Below are positions 17,516 through 25,413 of a stretch of 32,000 nucleotides of DNA, piece after piece. The notes beneath the pieces are model-generated. The model was not told where the DNA came from. It searched no databases and saw nothing but the letters and a program-made list of their open reading frames with translations. The stretch covers positions 3,330,001 to 3,362,000 of the forward strand of contig CP126532.1 in the NCBI GenBank assembly GCA_030167145.1. The letters run 5' to 3'. The position numbers were made by a program, and so were the translations under genes. Numbering within the stretch: the first letter of the stretch is position 1; every line of letters starts with the position of its first letter. This DNA is from Ktedonobacterales bacterium (lineage in GTDB: Bacteria; Chloroflexota; Ktedonobacteria; Ktedonobacterales; JADMIN01).

Positions 17516-17605
17516 ATGGGGACACATGGGGACACATGGGGACACATGGGGACACATGAGGGCAGGTATGGACAAATGGGGACAAAGGTCGACATAGGTC
17601 GTCAC
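17516..17605. repeat. 10-bp tandem repeat ATGGGGACAC x4 perfect plus about 5 degenerate units (intergenic)
   Basis: Read directly. It lies in the divergent region between the 16675-17304 operon and the 17801 gene. Confidence 0.85.
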
Positions 17606-17653
17606 CAATAGAGCGGGATGGAGGGCGGGGGCGGCCAGGACACTGCTCCATTG

Positions 17654-17700
17654 TTGACAGGGTGGGGTGGGTTTCCGCATAGTTGTAGAACATATGTTCT
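17654..17700 (+). promoter_or_regulatory. sigma-70-like promoter (TTGACA-18-CATAGT) followed by a GAAC-N4-GTTC SOS-box-like palindrome AGAACATATGTTCT
   Basis: TTGACA is at 17654-17659 and CATAGT at 17678-17683. The 14-bp perfect palindrome at 17687-17700 matches the Gram-positive-type LexA (Cheo) box CGAACRNRYGTTYC at 12 of 14 positions. It lies 100 nt upstream of the ATG at 17801. Confidence 0.5.
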
Positions 17701-17800
17701 TGGTTGGTGGAAGGTAGCGGCTGCGATTGGCGCTGGTGGTGACGATTTGATGGCGCAGAGATGGCGCTGAGGTGACGGTCACGCAGGAGCGAGCGATGCG

Positions 17801-18178
17801 ATGGGGCATGTGTATCTGCAGACGATTGCGGTGACGGTGAGCGCGACGGCGAACGGCGCGGCGAGGGGCGAGAGGAGGCCGGAGCGGCTGGTGTGGCGTG
17901 GGCGGGAGTATACGGTGGCGGAGGTGCTGAGCACGTGGCGGCTGCGGGACCGCTGGTGGGAGGAATTGCCACCACTTTCGGATGCGCTGCTGCCGGGGGA
18001 ACAACCACAACCTGGACAACCTGGGCACGGCCAGGGGCGGCGGTTGGGTGGGGCGAGCGAGCGGACGTACTGGCGGGTGCGGTGCGAGGGCGACGGAGGT
18101 GGGGTGGAGGGGCTGATCTGCGACGTGTACGAGGATGCGGCGCGGGGGGTGTGGGTGCTGGATACGGTCTATGACTGA
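17801..18178 (+). CDS. small conserved hypothetical protein (WR..RWW ... YWRV ... VYED..G.WVLD.VYD architecture; I recall this as DUF6504-like, uncertain)
   Basis: 125-aa ORF with an AGGAG SD 11 nt upstream. Its C-terminal 36 aa are repeated as a separate mini-ORF at 19423-19533. Confidence 0.6.
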   Translation: MGHVYLQTIAVTVSATANGAARGERRPERLVWRGREYTVAEVLSTWRLRDRWWEELPPLSDALLPGEQPQPGQPGHGQGRRLGGASERTYWRVRCEGDGGGVEGLICDVYEDAARGVWVLDTVYD

Positions 18179-18406
18179 GGGCGCGGGTGGTAGAGGTGGT
18201 GGAGCGGGTGGAGCGGGTGGGGTGGTATCGGGCGTTGCTGGGGGTGAGGCTGGCGGGGTGGTGAGGATGGAGAGGACCTTCGCCGGTCACCCACATTGCC
18301 GGGCGTTCGCCTGAACTGTCGGCGGAGATCTGATCTCCGACTGTCACTCCGTCGCGTACACTGTGGAAGGGGCGAAGTATAGCGGTGCCCCGAACACACT
18401 GGCTGC

Positions 18407-18439
18407 GTGGAGTCATTGTGGAGTCATTGTGGAGTCATT
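18407..18439. repeat. 11-bp tandem repeat GTGGAGTCATT x3 (intergenic)
   Basis: Read directly. Confidence 0.85.
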
Positions 18440-18462
18440 GGACCGGCCAAGACGCAGATCCA

Positions 18463-18530
18463 CGAAAGGACGAAAGGACGAAAGGACGAAAGGACGAAAG
18501 GACGAAAGGACGAAAGGACGAAAGGACGAA
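18463..18530. repeat. 8-bp tandem repeat CGAAAGGA x8.5 ending 3 nt before the globin start codon
   Basis: Read directly. Each unit contains an AAGGA Shine-Dalgarno-like core. Confidence 0.9.
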
Positions 18531-18533
18531 GTC

Positions 18534-18962
18534 ATGGCAGAACCAACGCTGTATGAACGGCTGGGTGGCATTTTTGCCATCGCCGCCGTTGTCGACAACT
18601 TCAGCGACCGGTTGCTGGGGAATCCAAAGATCAGCGAGGCGAACCCCGAGTTGCATGCATGGCATACCGTGTCGTACACCGGGCGGCTGCCGGGCCTCAA
18701 GTGGCTACGAACCTTGTGGCTCGCCTCGTTGGCAGGGGGACCCTTTGCATACACCGGCAGAGAGTTGCGCGATGCCCATTTCGATCTGAAGATCTCACCT
18801 GCCGTGTTCGACGAAGTCGCTGCGGAGCTGAGCCGCACCCTTGATGAATTCAGGGTGCCCGAGCGCGAGAAGGGGGAAGTGTTGGGCGCCTTCGCTGGAT
18901 GGAGGGGTGAAGTCACGGCTGGTTCTGAGCCTGGGGCGGTCAATTGGCGCCGTTGGCGGTGA
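18534..18962 (+). CDS. truncated haemoglobin (2-on-2 globin, group I-like)
   Basis: MAEPTLYERLGGIFAIAAVVDNFSDRLL...GGPFAYTGRELRDAHFDLKISPAVFDEV carries the trHb signature (LYERLGG; proximal His in RDAH). The longer 199-aa ORF in the track merely translates the 8-bp repeat upstream. Confidence 0.8.
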   Translation: MAEPTLYERLGGIFAIAAVVDNFSDRLLGNPKISEANPELHAWHTVSYTGRLPGLKWLRTLWLASLAGGPFAYTGRELRDAHFDLKISPAVFDEVAAELSRTLDEFRVPEREKGEVLGAFAGWRGEVTAGSEPGAVNWRRWR

Positions 18963-18991
18963 GTCGAGCGTGAGTCGAGCGTGAGTTGCGG
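18959..18991. repeat. 11-bp tandem repeat GTGAGTCGAGC x2.5 straddling the globin stop codon
   Basis: Read directly. Confidence 0.8.
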
Positions 18992-19133
18992 GTGATTGCG
19001 CACCGCGAAAGAGCTCGACGTTCACAGAGAAGATATGTGGACGAAGAGAGCGGGAACGAGCGAGGTGGGTACGCCGGGGCCATGTCTTGGCACGAGGTGG
19101 TCGGATGCGTACCCGCCCTGACTGGGGGCGCGG

Positions 19134-19170
19134 ACAGGGATGTACAGGGATGTACAGGGATGTACAGGAG
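19134..19170. repeat. 10-bp tandem repeat ACAGGGATGT x3.7
   Basis: Read directly. Confidence 0.85.
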
Positions 19171-19226
19171 GGGGTGGGGCAAAAAGCAAGGACGCTGGAA
19201 AGGATACAGACAGGCGAGCAGCGGAG

Positions 19227-19433
19227 ATGGAGTGGGCGGTGGTGGGGATGGGGTGTGTGGCGGTGCAGGATGAGACGGGACGGCTGCTGGTGGCGTTGCC
19301 GCCACAGGTGGCGAGTGAGATCCACCGCGTGTTGCGGAAGGCGCGGGTGGTGCAGGTGCTGGGGCGGGTGGAGCGGGTGGGGTGGTATCGCGCGCTGCTG
19401 GGGGTAAGGCTGGCGGGATGGGATGAGGGGTGA
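19227..19433 (+). CDS. hypothetical small protein (68 aa); its C-terminal 27 aa recur as a fragment at 18180-18262
   Basis: MEWAVVGMGCVAVQDETGRLLVALPPQVASEIHRVLRKARVVQVLGRVERVGWYRALLGVRLAGWDEG. The duplicated part is conserved at the protein level (ARVVEVVERVERVGWYRALLGVRLAGW), which argues that it is or was coding. Confidence 0.35.
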   Translation: MEWAVVGMGCVAVQDETGRLLVALPPQVASEIHRVLRKARVVQVLGRVERVGWYRALLGVRLAGWDEG

Positions 19434-19533
19434 GGGGACGTATTGGCGGGTGCGCTGCGAGGAGGGGTTGATTTGCGACGTGTACGAGGATGTGGCGCGG
19501 GAGGTATGGGTGCTGGATAAGGTGTATGACTGA
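19423..19533 (+). pseudogene. 36-aa remnant equal to the C-terminal module of the 17801-18178 protein
   Basis: MRGEGTYWRVRCEEGLICDVYEDVAREVWVLDKVYD aligns with RTYWRVRCEGDGGGVEGLICDVYEDAARGVWVLDTVYD. It lacks the N-terminal two thirds. Confidence 0.4.
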
Positions 19534-19797
19534 TGGCGAGGACGTGGAGATATGGGGATGGACAGATAGGCAAAGGGCAAGGGTACGGGTGAGCGAGCAG
19601 CAAGGACAGAGCAGGCGGCGAGGGAAGCTCCGCTCGACGGGTGAGGAGAACCTACTCACCGGACCGATGGGCGCAAAGCCTTGTGGCTGTGCGCCCCTAC
19701 AAGCGTCACAGGCTGGACCTGCCGACACAGGTTGGGTAGTGAGGGAGTATCGGCAGCAATTGATACAAGGCCATAGGCGCTGCACCCATACAATAGC

Positions 19798-22401
19798 TTA
19801 ATCGTCAAGTTCGTTGGCTTTTGCCTCGGCCGCCTGGGCTTCTTCCTCGCGGCCAAGGGCATGTAAAGATAGTGCTTTATCTCGCCATGCTTCCGCAAGG
19901 CGCGCATCAATGGAGAGTGCCTGATTGATGTAGAGAAGCGCCTCATCGTATCGTTGGAGGCCATTGAGTGCCTCACCAACCGTACTCAAGGCGTATGCAT
20001 TGTTCGGATCCAAGGCAATAGCTTGTCGGGCTGCCGCCAATGCGTCATCAAAGCGACCTAGCAGATACAACACATAACCCTTGCTGTTCCAAGCGGCGGC
20101 GTTGTTTAAGTCGAGGACAATGGCGTGCTGGCAGGCGTCCAGCGCGCGGGCGAAGGCTTCCTGCGCGTCGGCTACGCGGTCAAGGCGCTGGAGGGTCTGG
20201 CCGGTGAGCATCCAGCCGCCCACGCTTGCGGCGTCTTCGCTGGTGGCGTGCTGGCAGGCATCCAAGGCGTCGTCGTAGCGGTGGAGGCGGTTGAGCAGGA
20301 GATAGGCAAGGTTGCGCCAGGCGCGGGCAAACGTCCGATCAAGGGCGACGGTCTGCTGATAGGCGGCGAGCGCTTCTTCATAGCGGCGCAGATTAGCGAG
20401 CGCGGCGCCCTTGTTGGTCCAGGCGGCGGCGAGGGTGGGGTCGAGGGCCAGCGCGCGGTCAAAGGCGGCGAGCTCCTCGTCATAGCGCTTGAGTCTGCCG
20501 AGGATATTGCCGAGGTTGTACCAAGCGGGGGCAAACTTCGGGTCGAGGGCAATGGCCTGCCAAAAGGCGGCCAGCGCCTCGTCGTTGCGGCGCAGAGCCG
20601 CGAGGACACCCCCTTTGTAGCACCAGGCGGCGTAAAGCCTCGGGTTGAGGGCGAGCGCCTGCTCTAAGACAGCGAGCGCCTCGTCATAGCGCTGGGCGTT
20701 ATACCAGGCAGTGCCGAGGGAGGAGAGCGCCTCAGCGTCGTCGGTAGCGGCGAAGACCTGCTGGAGCCGCTTAAGGTCTCGCTCGCGCTGGTAGGGCTGA
20801 GGATAGTCGGCGATGACGTCGGTGTAGTAGGCGGGGTCCTTGCGAATGCGCAGGAGGAGGTCGTCTTTTGCGCTGGGAAGAGTGGTGACGAACTGATAGC
20901 GCAGGAGTTCATCGAGGGCAGCATCCCAGGTGGGGGTAGAGGTGGCAAGCTCCGGCAGCGCGAAGAGTTGGGGGTCGGCGCAGATGGCTTTGAGACGGCT
21001 GCTGGTGTGGGCAGGAACGCCGACGAGGAACAGCAGCTTCATCGCATGCAGGATACCTCTGGCAGATGTGGTGAGCTGCATCTCGTATGCAGCGCGTTTG
21101 TCGCCGAGGCCCAAGACGACCGAGCCGATGGTGCCGTCCCACTGGGCGTGCTCGATCCGGCCTTCGCCGTCGGCGGCGAGGGCGGCGATGATGGCCTGAG
21201 CCTGGGCGGAGGATTCGTTTGGGTCGAACGTGGGAAATGCGACGTGATCTAGCTGGTTGAAGAGCCAGTCGAGGCCGTTGCGGACGGTGGTAAGGCGTTC
21301 GCTGCGGCAAGTGGCGATGATGAGAGTCTGAAGCGTCTGTCGCTCTGCGGATGGGGCGCGCAGGCGCTGGTCGAGGGCGCGGAGTGTCGTGGCGGCGGAG
21401 CTGGCCAGTGCAACGGGCGCCTGGTCGCCGGTGGGCGTGGGATGGGTGGCGGCGGGGACATAGTTTTGCAGGTCGTCGAGGAAGATGATGAGCTTGCGGC
21501 CCGTGAGCCGTTCGGTGGCGGGGATGCGGTGTTCAGGGTAGGCTTCGGTCCACTCGAGGACGTCCCAGTCGGGGAGGGCAGTGTGGAGGGCTTCGAGGGC
21601 AAAACGGGTCTTGCCGGCGTTGGATTCGCCGGTGACGAGGAGGCCGTGTTTGGGCGAGGCACCTTGGGCGCAGGCGCGCAAGGTGGCGATGGTGTCGTCG
21701 AGGAGTGGTCCGATGGAGGCGACGCGGACGTAGGGGCGGCTGGCGGCGGCGTCGTCGCCCATGGTGTTGAGGGTGAAGGTGCGGGCGGGGACGAGGGGGA
21801 GATCGTCACGGCTCATCCGTTGCTGGAGGTCGCGCACACCACTGCGCGTCTCCTCAGCGGCCGCGAGGAGTGCGTCGCTCTGCCCGATGCCTCCGCCATC
21901 AAGCGGGAGATGAAGCAGATAGTCGGCGATGCGGGTGCTGACCTTGCCGCCGAGGTCGGCGGGTGTGGTGAAGTAATCGGCGGTGTGGACGTTAGGATCT
22001 TCGAGATGGGCGCGAAAGGCGCGGAGTTGTGCGGTGTGTTCGAGGTCGCGCAGGGCGAAGGGAAAGAGGCTGTTGTCCTGCTCAGTGGCGGGGTCGGAGA
22101 GGTAGACGAAGATCTTCTTGCCCAGGCGTACCGCCGTGTCGTATTCCTGGTGGGTGATGGAGCGGGTCTCGCCAGGGGGCACGGTGGAGATGGTGCCGTA
22201 ACGCCAGGCGACGATGAGAACAAAGAACTCGGCGGCAGCGACGCGCTCCAGTGAGACGGTGGTGGCATCCTCGCCAGCGCCGAAGTAGACCATGTCCGTG
22301 GGGAACTGACGCATGCGTAAGAGGTCCTCCCGCACGCGAGCGCGGTGGAGCTCGAGATCGAAGAACGTCGAACTGATGAAGACGGAATGGATGGCGGTCA
22401 T
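19798..22401 (-). CDS. STAND/NLR-like NTPase: N-terminal DUF4062 (TIR-like) domain, P-loop NTPase, C-terminal TPR array
   Basis: Start MTAIHSVFISSTFFDLELHRARV (DUF4062 signature VFISST..DL...R) with a GGAGAG SD. Walker A GESNAGKTRFAL and Walker B KLIIFLDDLQ. About 10 TPRs follow (AWYNLGNIL, AAWTNKGAAL, AAWNSKGYVL and others). The track ORF starts 30 codons further upstream, at 22491. Confidence 0.85.
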   Translation of the reverse strand: MTAIHSVFISSTFFDLELHRARVREDLLRMRQFPTDMVYFGAGEDATTVSLERVAAAEFFVLIVAWRYGTISTVPPGETRSITHQEYDTAVRLGKKIFVYLSDPATEQDNSLFPFALRDLEHTAQLRAFRAHLEDPNVHTADYFTTPADLGGKVSTRIADYLLHLPLDGGGIGQSDALLAAAEETRSGVRDLQQRMSRDDLPLVPARTFTLNTMGDDAAASRPYVRVASIGPLLDDTIATLRACAQGASPKHGLLVTGESNAGKTRFALEALHTALPDWDVLEWTEAYPEHRIPATERLTGRKLIIFLDDLQNYVPAATHPTPTGDQAPVALASSAATTLRALDQRLRAPSAERQTLQTLIIATCRSERLTTVRNGLDWLFNQLDHVAFPTFDPNESSAQAQAIIAALAADGEGRIEHAQWDGTIGSVVLGLGDKRAAYEMQLTTSARGILHAMKLLFLVGVPAHTSSRLKAICADPQLFALPELATSTPTWDAALDELLRYQFVTTLPSAKDDLLLRIRKDPAYYTDVIADYPQPYQRERDLKRLQQVFAATDDAEALSSLGTAWYNAQRYDEALAVLEQALALNPRLYAAWCYKGGVLAALRRNDEALAAFWQAIALDPKFAPAWYNLGNILGRLKRYDEELAAFDRALALDPTLAAAWTNKGAALANLRRYEEALAAYQQTVALDRTFARAWRNLAYLLLNRLHRYDDALDACQHATSEDAASVGGWMLTGQTLQRLDRVADAQEAFARALDACQHAIVLDLNNAAAWNSKGYVLYLLGRFDDALAAARQAIALDPNNAYALSTVGEALNGLQRYDEALLYINQALSIDARLAEAWRDKALSLHALGREEEAQAAEAKANELDD

Positions 22402-22584
22402 GCCGCATTCTCTCCTCGCACTCGCGGTGGATGCTACGTCTGGTTGACGCAGGCTTGCGGGCAGGATAGCAGATTCCAGTGAGAGTCGCAAGGCTGGGGT
22501 TGAAATGAGGCGGCGGGCGCTAAGCCTGCTGGCGATACGCGCCTACGAATGCGAGGTATGAGCGGGTTGCTACAAGTCCATTTG

Positions 22585-22613
22585 TTGACATTATATGTGT
22601 ACGATTGTACGAT
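22585..22613 (+). promoter_or_regulatory. sigma-70-like promoter TTGACA-17-TACGAT for the rightward tail-end module
   Basis: A consensus -35 is at 22585-22590, with a 17-nt AT-rich spacer and TACGAT at 22608-22613. It lies 47 nt upstream of the ATG at 22660, in an otherwise GC-rich context. Confidence 0.45.
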
Positions 22614-22659
22614 GTTGTGAGCAGAGGACGAGGTTACGGGAAGCGAGAGGGAGAGGCGC

Positions 22660-22887
22660 ATGGATCCGGTGCGGCGGGCGTATTGCGAATTGATGCTGGC
22701 GCGTGGGGTGTGGCGCGCGGCGAAGGATGTGGAGGCGCAGGTGGCGCACTGGCTGCTGGAAAGTGGGGCGTCACATGCCGATCTGACCCAGGCGCGGCAG
22801 CGCGAGAAGGCGACGAAGGCGGCGCTGACACGGGCGCAGCGGACCTATCAGCGGCTGGCGGAGGCGTTGCTGCGTAGGGCGAGCTAG
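22660..22887 (+). CDS. hypothetical small helical protein
   Basis: 75-aa ORF with a GAGGGAGAGG SD. No family recognised. Confidence 0.45.
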   Translation: MDPVRRAYCELMLARGVWRAAKDVEAQVAHWLLESGASHADLTQARQREKATKAALTRAQRTYQRLAEALLRRAS

Positions 22888-22950
22888 CTAGGTGTGTCTC
22901 GGCGTGGTGGCTGGGTGGTGCGGGTGATTGGTTGAGCTAGGTGGTGTGGT

Positions 22951-23295
22951 ATGGCGCGCAAGAAACGGGTGCGGCATGTTCGAGCGGTGAAGCCGAAGAA
23001 GCCGAAGAAGCCGAAGAAGCCGAAGCAATGGCATGAGCAGCCAGGGGCGGGGAGTGCGGGCAAGGCACAACCAGTGGAACCGGCTGGCCTTTCGGCGGCG
23101 GGCGGGTTGGTTGCCCTCGACCTGCTTGCCTCATCTGGCGCTGGCGGCGGGTTGTCGGGGGTGATGCTGAACCTGGTGGGGGATGGTGCGGTGCAGTTGA
23201 GTGCTGGCCTCTCGGCGTGGCAGCGCGAGCAGGACCGGGTAGCGAATCGCGCGTGGCGTCGGCCCGGTGGATTGCAACGCATGGGAGGGCTGTAG
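22951..23295 (+). CDS. hypothetical protein with basic (KPK)n N-terminus
   Basis: 114-aa ORF with an AGGTGGTG SD. The 9-bp repeat GAAGCCGAA x4 (22989-23024) encodes KPKKPKKPKKPK. Confidence 0.4.
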   Translation: MARKKRVRHVRAVKPKKPKKPKKPKQWHEQPGAGSAGKAQPVEPAGLSAAGGLVALDLLASSGAGGGLSGVMLNLVGDGAVQLSAGLSAWQREQDRVANRAWRRPGGLQRMGGL

Positions 23296-23299
23296 CATC

Positions 23300-24772
23300 A
23301 TGGCGCTGCGGTCAACGCTGGCACTCTATGCCTACACGTCGCCCACGGGCAGCGCGTACCCGCCGCTGGCGCATGAGTACGGCGAGGCCATCGAGGCCCT
23401 GGAGTTTACGACCGTCGCGCCAGGGGGCTTCGGTGATCTGGCCTGCATGCTCAAACTGCGGGATGCCAGATTGCCACGGCCAGAGCTTGGCCTGTTCTCG
23501 CGCGTGGCGCTGCGGGATGGGCTGTTCACCTGCTTTAGCGGGGAGTGGTCGGACCCGGCGTTGGTGCTGGACGGGACGCATGGCGATTACGTGCTGCTCT
23601 CGGCGCTCGGCGGTGGCGTGGCCTTGCGGGATGACCCGGATGATAGCGCGTATACGACACAGACGGCGCAGAGCATCATCTCACAAGAGTTCTCGAAGCG
23701 CGCGGCATATCTGGCGCTGGACGCGGACCAGTCGGCGGTGCTGCCCACGGCTCCGGTCTCCACGTTCTCACCGATCTATGACGGCTATACCCTCGAAGAG
23801 ATCTGCCATGATCTGGCGTTTGATTTGGGCGATTACATGTGGACCGTGTATGAGCATCCCAAGAATAAAGACAGCGCGGGCTATCCCACGTGGCAACTGC
23901 GGATGCACCCCAGGGACACCGCGACCACGACGTACATGGCGCTCGGCTCGGACATCCTCTCCTGGCGGGTGCAGCCGTCGCAGCAGCGGGCCTACAACGT
24001 GGTGCAGGTGGCGTATGTGGATGTGACCGGCGGGCCAGCCACGGTGACGGTGAGCGACACACGCTTAGCGGTGGGTGGCGGGCAGGGCAGCGCGCCGTTC
24101 CGGCGGCGGAAGCTGCGACGCTCACTCGGCAAATCTCCGCTCACCAGCACACAGGCGACGGCGATAGCCAATGCCTGGCTTGCCGCGTACAGCAACATCA
24201 CCAACAAGGTCGAGGTGGAACTGCGGTCGGTGCGCGATGCCAATGGGCGGGCGCTGCCGCTGCACCAAGTGCGTGCGGACGGCAACCTGTATGTGCCGGA
24301 GCTCGCGGTACGCGGACAGCAGTTATCGAGTGGGCCGGTGCCTGGAACCAATCAGTTCTACATTGTGGAGACGGTGTACAGGGAGACGGCGGCGGGTGAC
24401 GTCAGATTGACGCTCTCGCTGGACAACTACGCGGACGCAGTGGGGGCGGAACTGGCTCGGCTGAAGCTGGCCTATGACGCTTCGCTGCGGGCACGGGGGA
24501 CGTATCGCCAGCCGATCTCGCCAGGGGTGCCACTGGTCGGCGGCTGCGGGGCAACCTTCCCCAACTCCACGGCGGGGGCGACGGTGAGCGTGTGGGTGCC
24601 GTTCCCTGGGCAGATGTCCAACGTGCCGACGGTCAGCCTCGCCATGACGGGCAGCAGCAACGCCAGCAGCATCACAGCCACGGGCGCAACCAAATACGGC
24701 TTCACGCTTCAGTGGACGAGTCCGGCGGCGGGGGCAACGAGCGTGATCGGGACGTACACCGCGCAGGGGTAA
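23300..24772 (+). CDS. putative phage structural (tail/baseplate-associated) protein
   Basis: 490-aa ORF from the ATG at 23300. It sits in a run of co-oriented genes that ends in a LamG fibre. The assignment rests on context only. Confidence 0.55.
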   Translation: MALRSTLALYAYTSPTGSAYPPLAHEYGEAIEALEFTTVAPGGFGDLACMLKLRDARLPRPELGLFSRVALRDGLFTCFSGEWSDPALVLDGTHGDYVLLSALGGGVALRDDPDDSAYTTQTAQSIISQEFSKRAAYLALDADQSAVLPTAPVSTFSPIYDGYTLEEICHDLAFDLGDYMWTVYEHPKNKDSAGYPTWQLRMHPRDTATTTYMALGSDILSWRVQPSQQRAYNVVQVAYVDVTGGPATVTVSDTRLAVGGGQGSAPFRRRKLRRSLGKSPLTSTQATAIANAWLAAYSNITNKVEVELRSVRDANGRALPLHQVRADGNLYVPELAVRGQQLSSGPVPGTNQFYIVETVYRETAAGDVRLTLSLDNYADAVGAELARLKLAYDASLRARGTYRQPISPGVPLVGGCGATFPNSTAGATVSVWVPFPGQMSNVPTVSLAMTGSSNASSITATGATKYGFTLQWTSPAAGATSVIGTYTAQG

Positions 24773-24852
24773 GGAACCATGCGGCAATTGTCAATCTTGT
24801 GCAACACAGAAATGAGCCAATAGCGAGGGGCGAATGATAGGATGGTGATGAT

Positions 24853-25413
24853 ATGCCAGGGGGTAGTGGGCCGAAGGTGTTGGGGAATGGGCCGTCAACG
24901 CTGGCGGTGTTGCAGGCGATGCAGGGCATCATCCTGAGTGAATGTCTCGTGGGTGGGGTCAGCCCCTTCGCGGCGCTCAGCACGGCGGATGCGAGCCGCT
25001 ATGGGGTAGCGCGCTCAGTCTTCGTCGGGCGTCCCAAAGACTTCAAGGACGGCTATCTGCCGCAATGCAACCTGTGGATTCCGCCCAACGACGCCACGAA
25101 TCAGCCGGTGGAACTGGCGGGGTATGTGGGCCGGGTGGAAGATGAGGTGGAGGTGACGCTGCAAGCCTTCGTGGACCTGCGCGCGGACTGGTATGCGGGT
25201 GAGCAGCAGATCATCGCCATACGCGATGCGCTGTGGCCGGTGGTGCTGCGGCATCTGCTGCTGGGTGGGACGGTGGCGAGCGTGACCGAGGCGGACGCCA
25301 GGGAAGGCAGAGGGCTGTGTTATGAGACGGTGGCGGGGCAGGAGTACCGCTGCTATGAACTCAGTTGGCTGGTGCGCCAGCAGTGGACGATCAGCGGAGG
25401 ACGCGTGCAATGA
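24853..25413 (+). CDS. putative phage structural protein
   Basis: 186-aa ORF whose stop overlaps the next gene's ATG (ATGA). No motif recognised. Confidence 0.5.
   Translation: MPGGSGPKVLGNGPSTLAVLQAMQGIILSECLVGGVSPFAALSTADASRYGVARSVFVGRPKDFKDGYLPQCNLWIPPNDATNQPVELAGYVGRVEDEVEVTLQAFVDLRADWYAGEQQIIAIRDALWPVVLRHLLLGGTVASVTEADAREGRGLCYETVAGQEYRCYELSWLVRQQWTISGGRVQ

Noticed and set aside
17423-19785. Minus-strand ORFs 17423..18028, 17502..18416, 18413..19003, 18795..19580, 18940..19785 and 19022..19603
   Set aside because: These are mutually overlapping, Pro/Ser/Arg/His-rich shadow frames across repeats and + strand genes (globin, 17801 gene). None has an SD or a recognisable domain.
19490-19801. 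103-aa + ORF between the Y remnant and the STAND gene stop
   Set aside because: It starts inside the 36-aa remnant in another frame, has odd composition and has no SD. The region is more likely a non-coding convergent terminator zone. A weak GGGCGCA...TGCGCCC hairpin lies at about 19668-19696.
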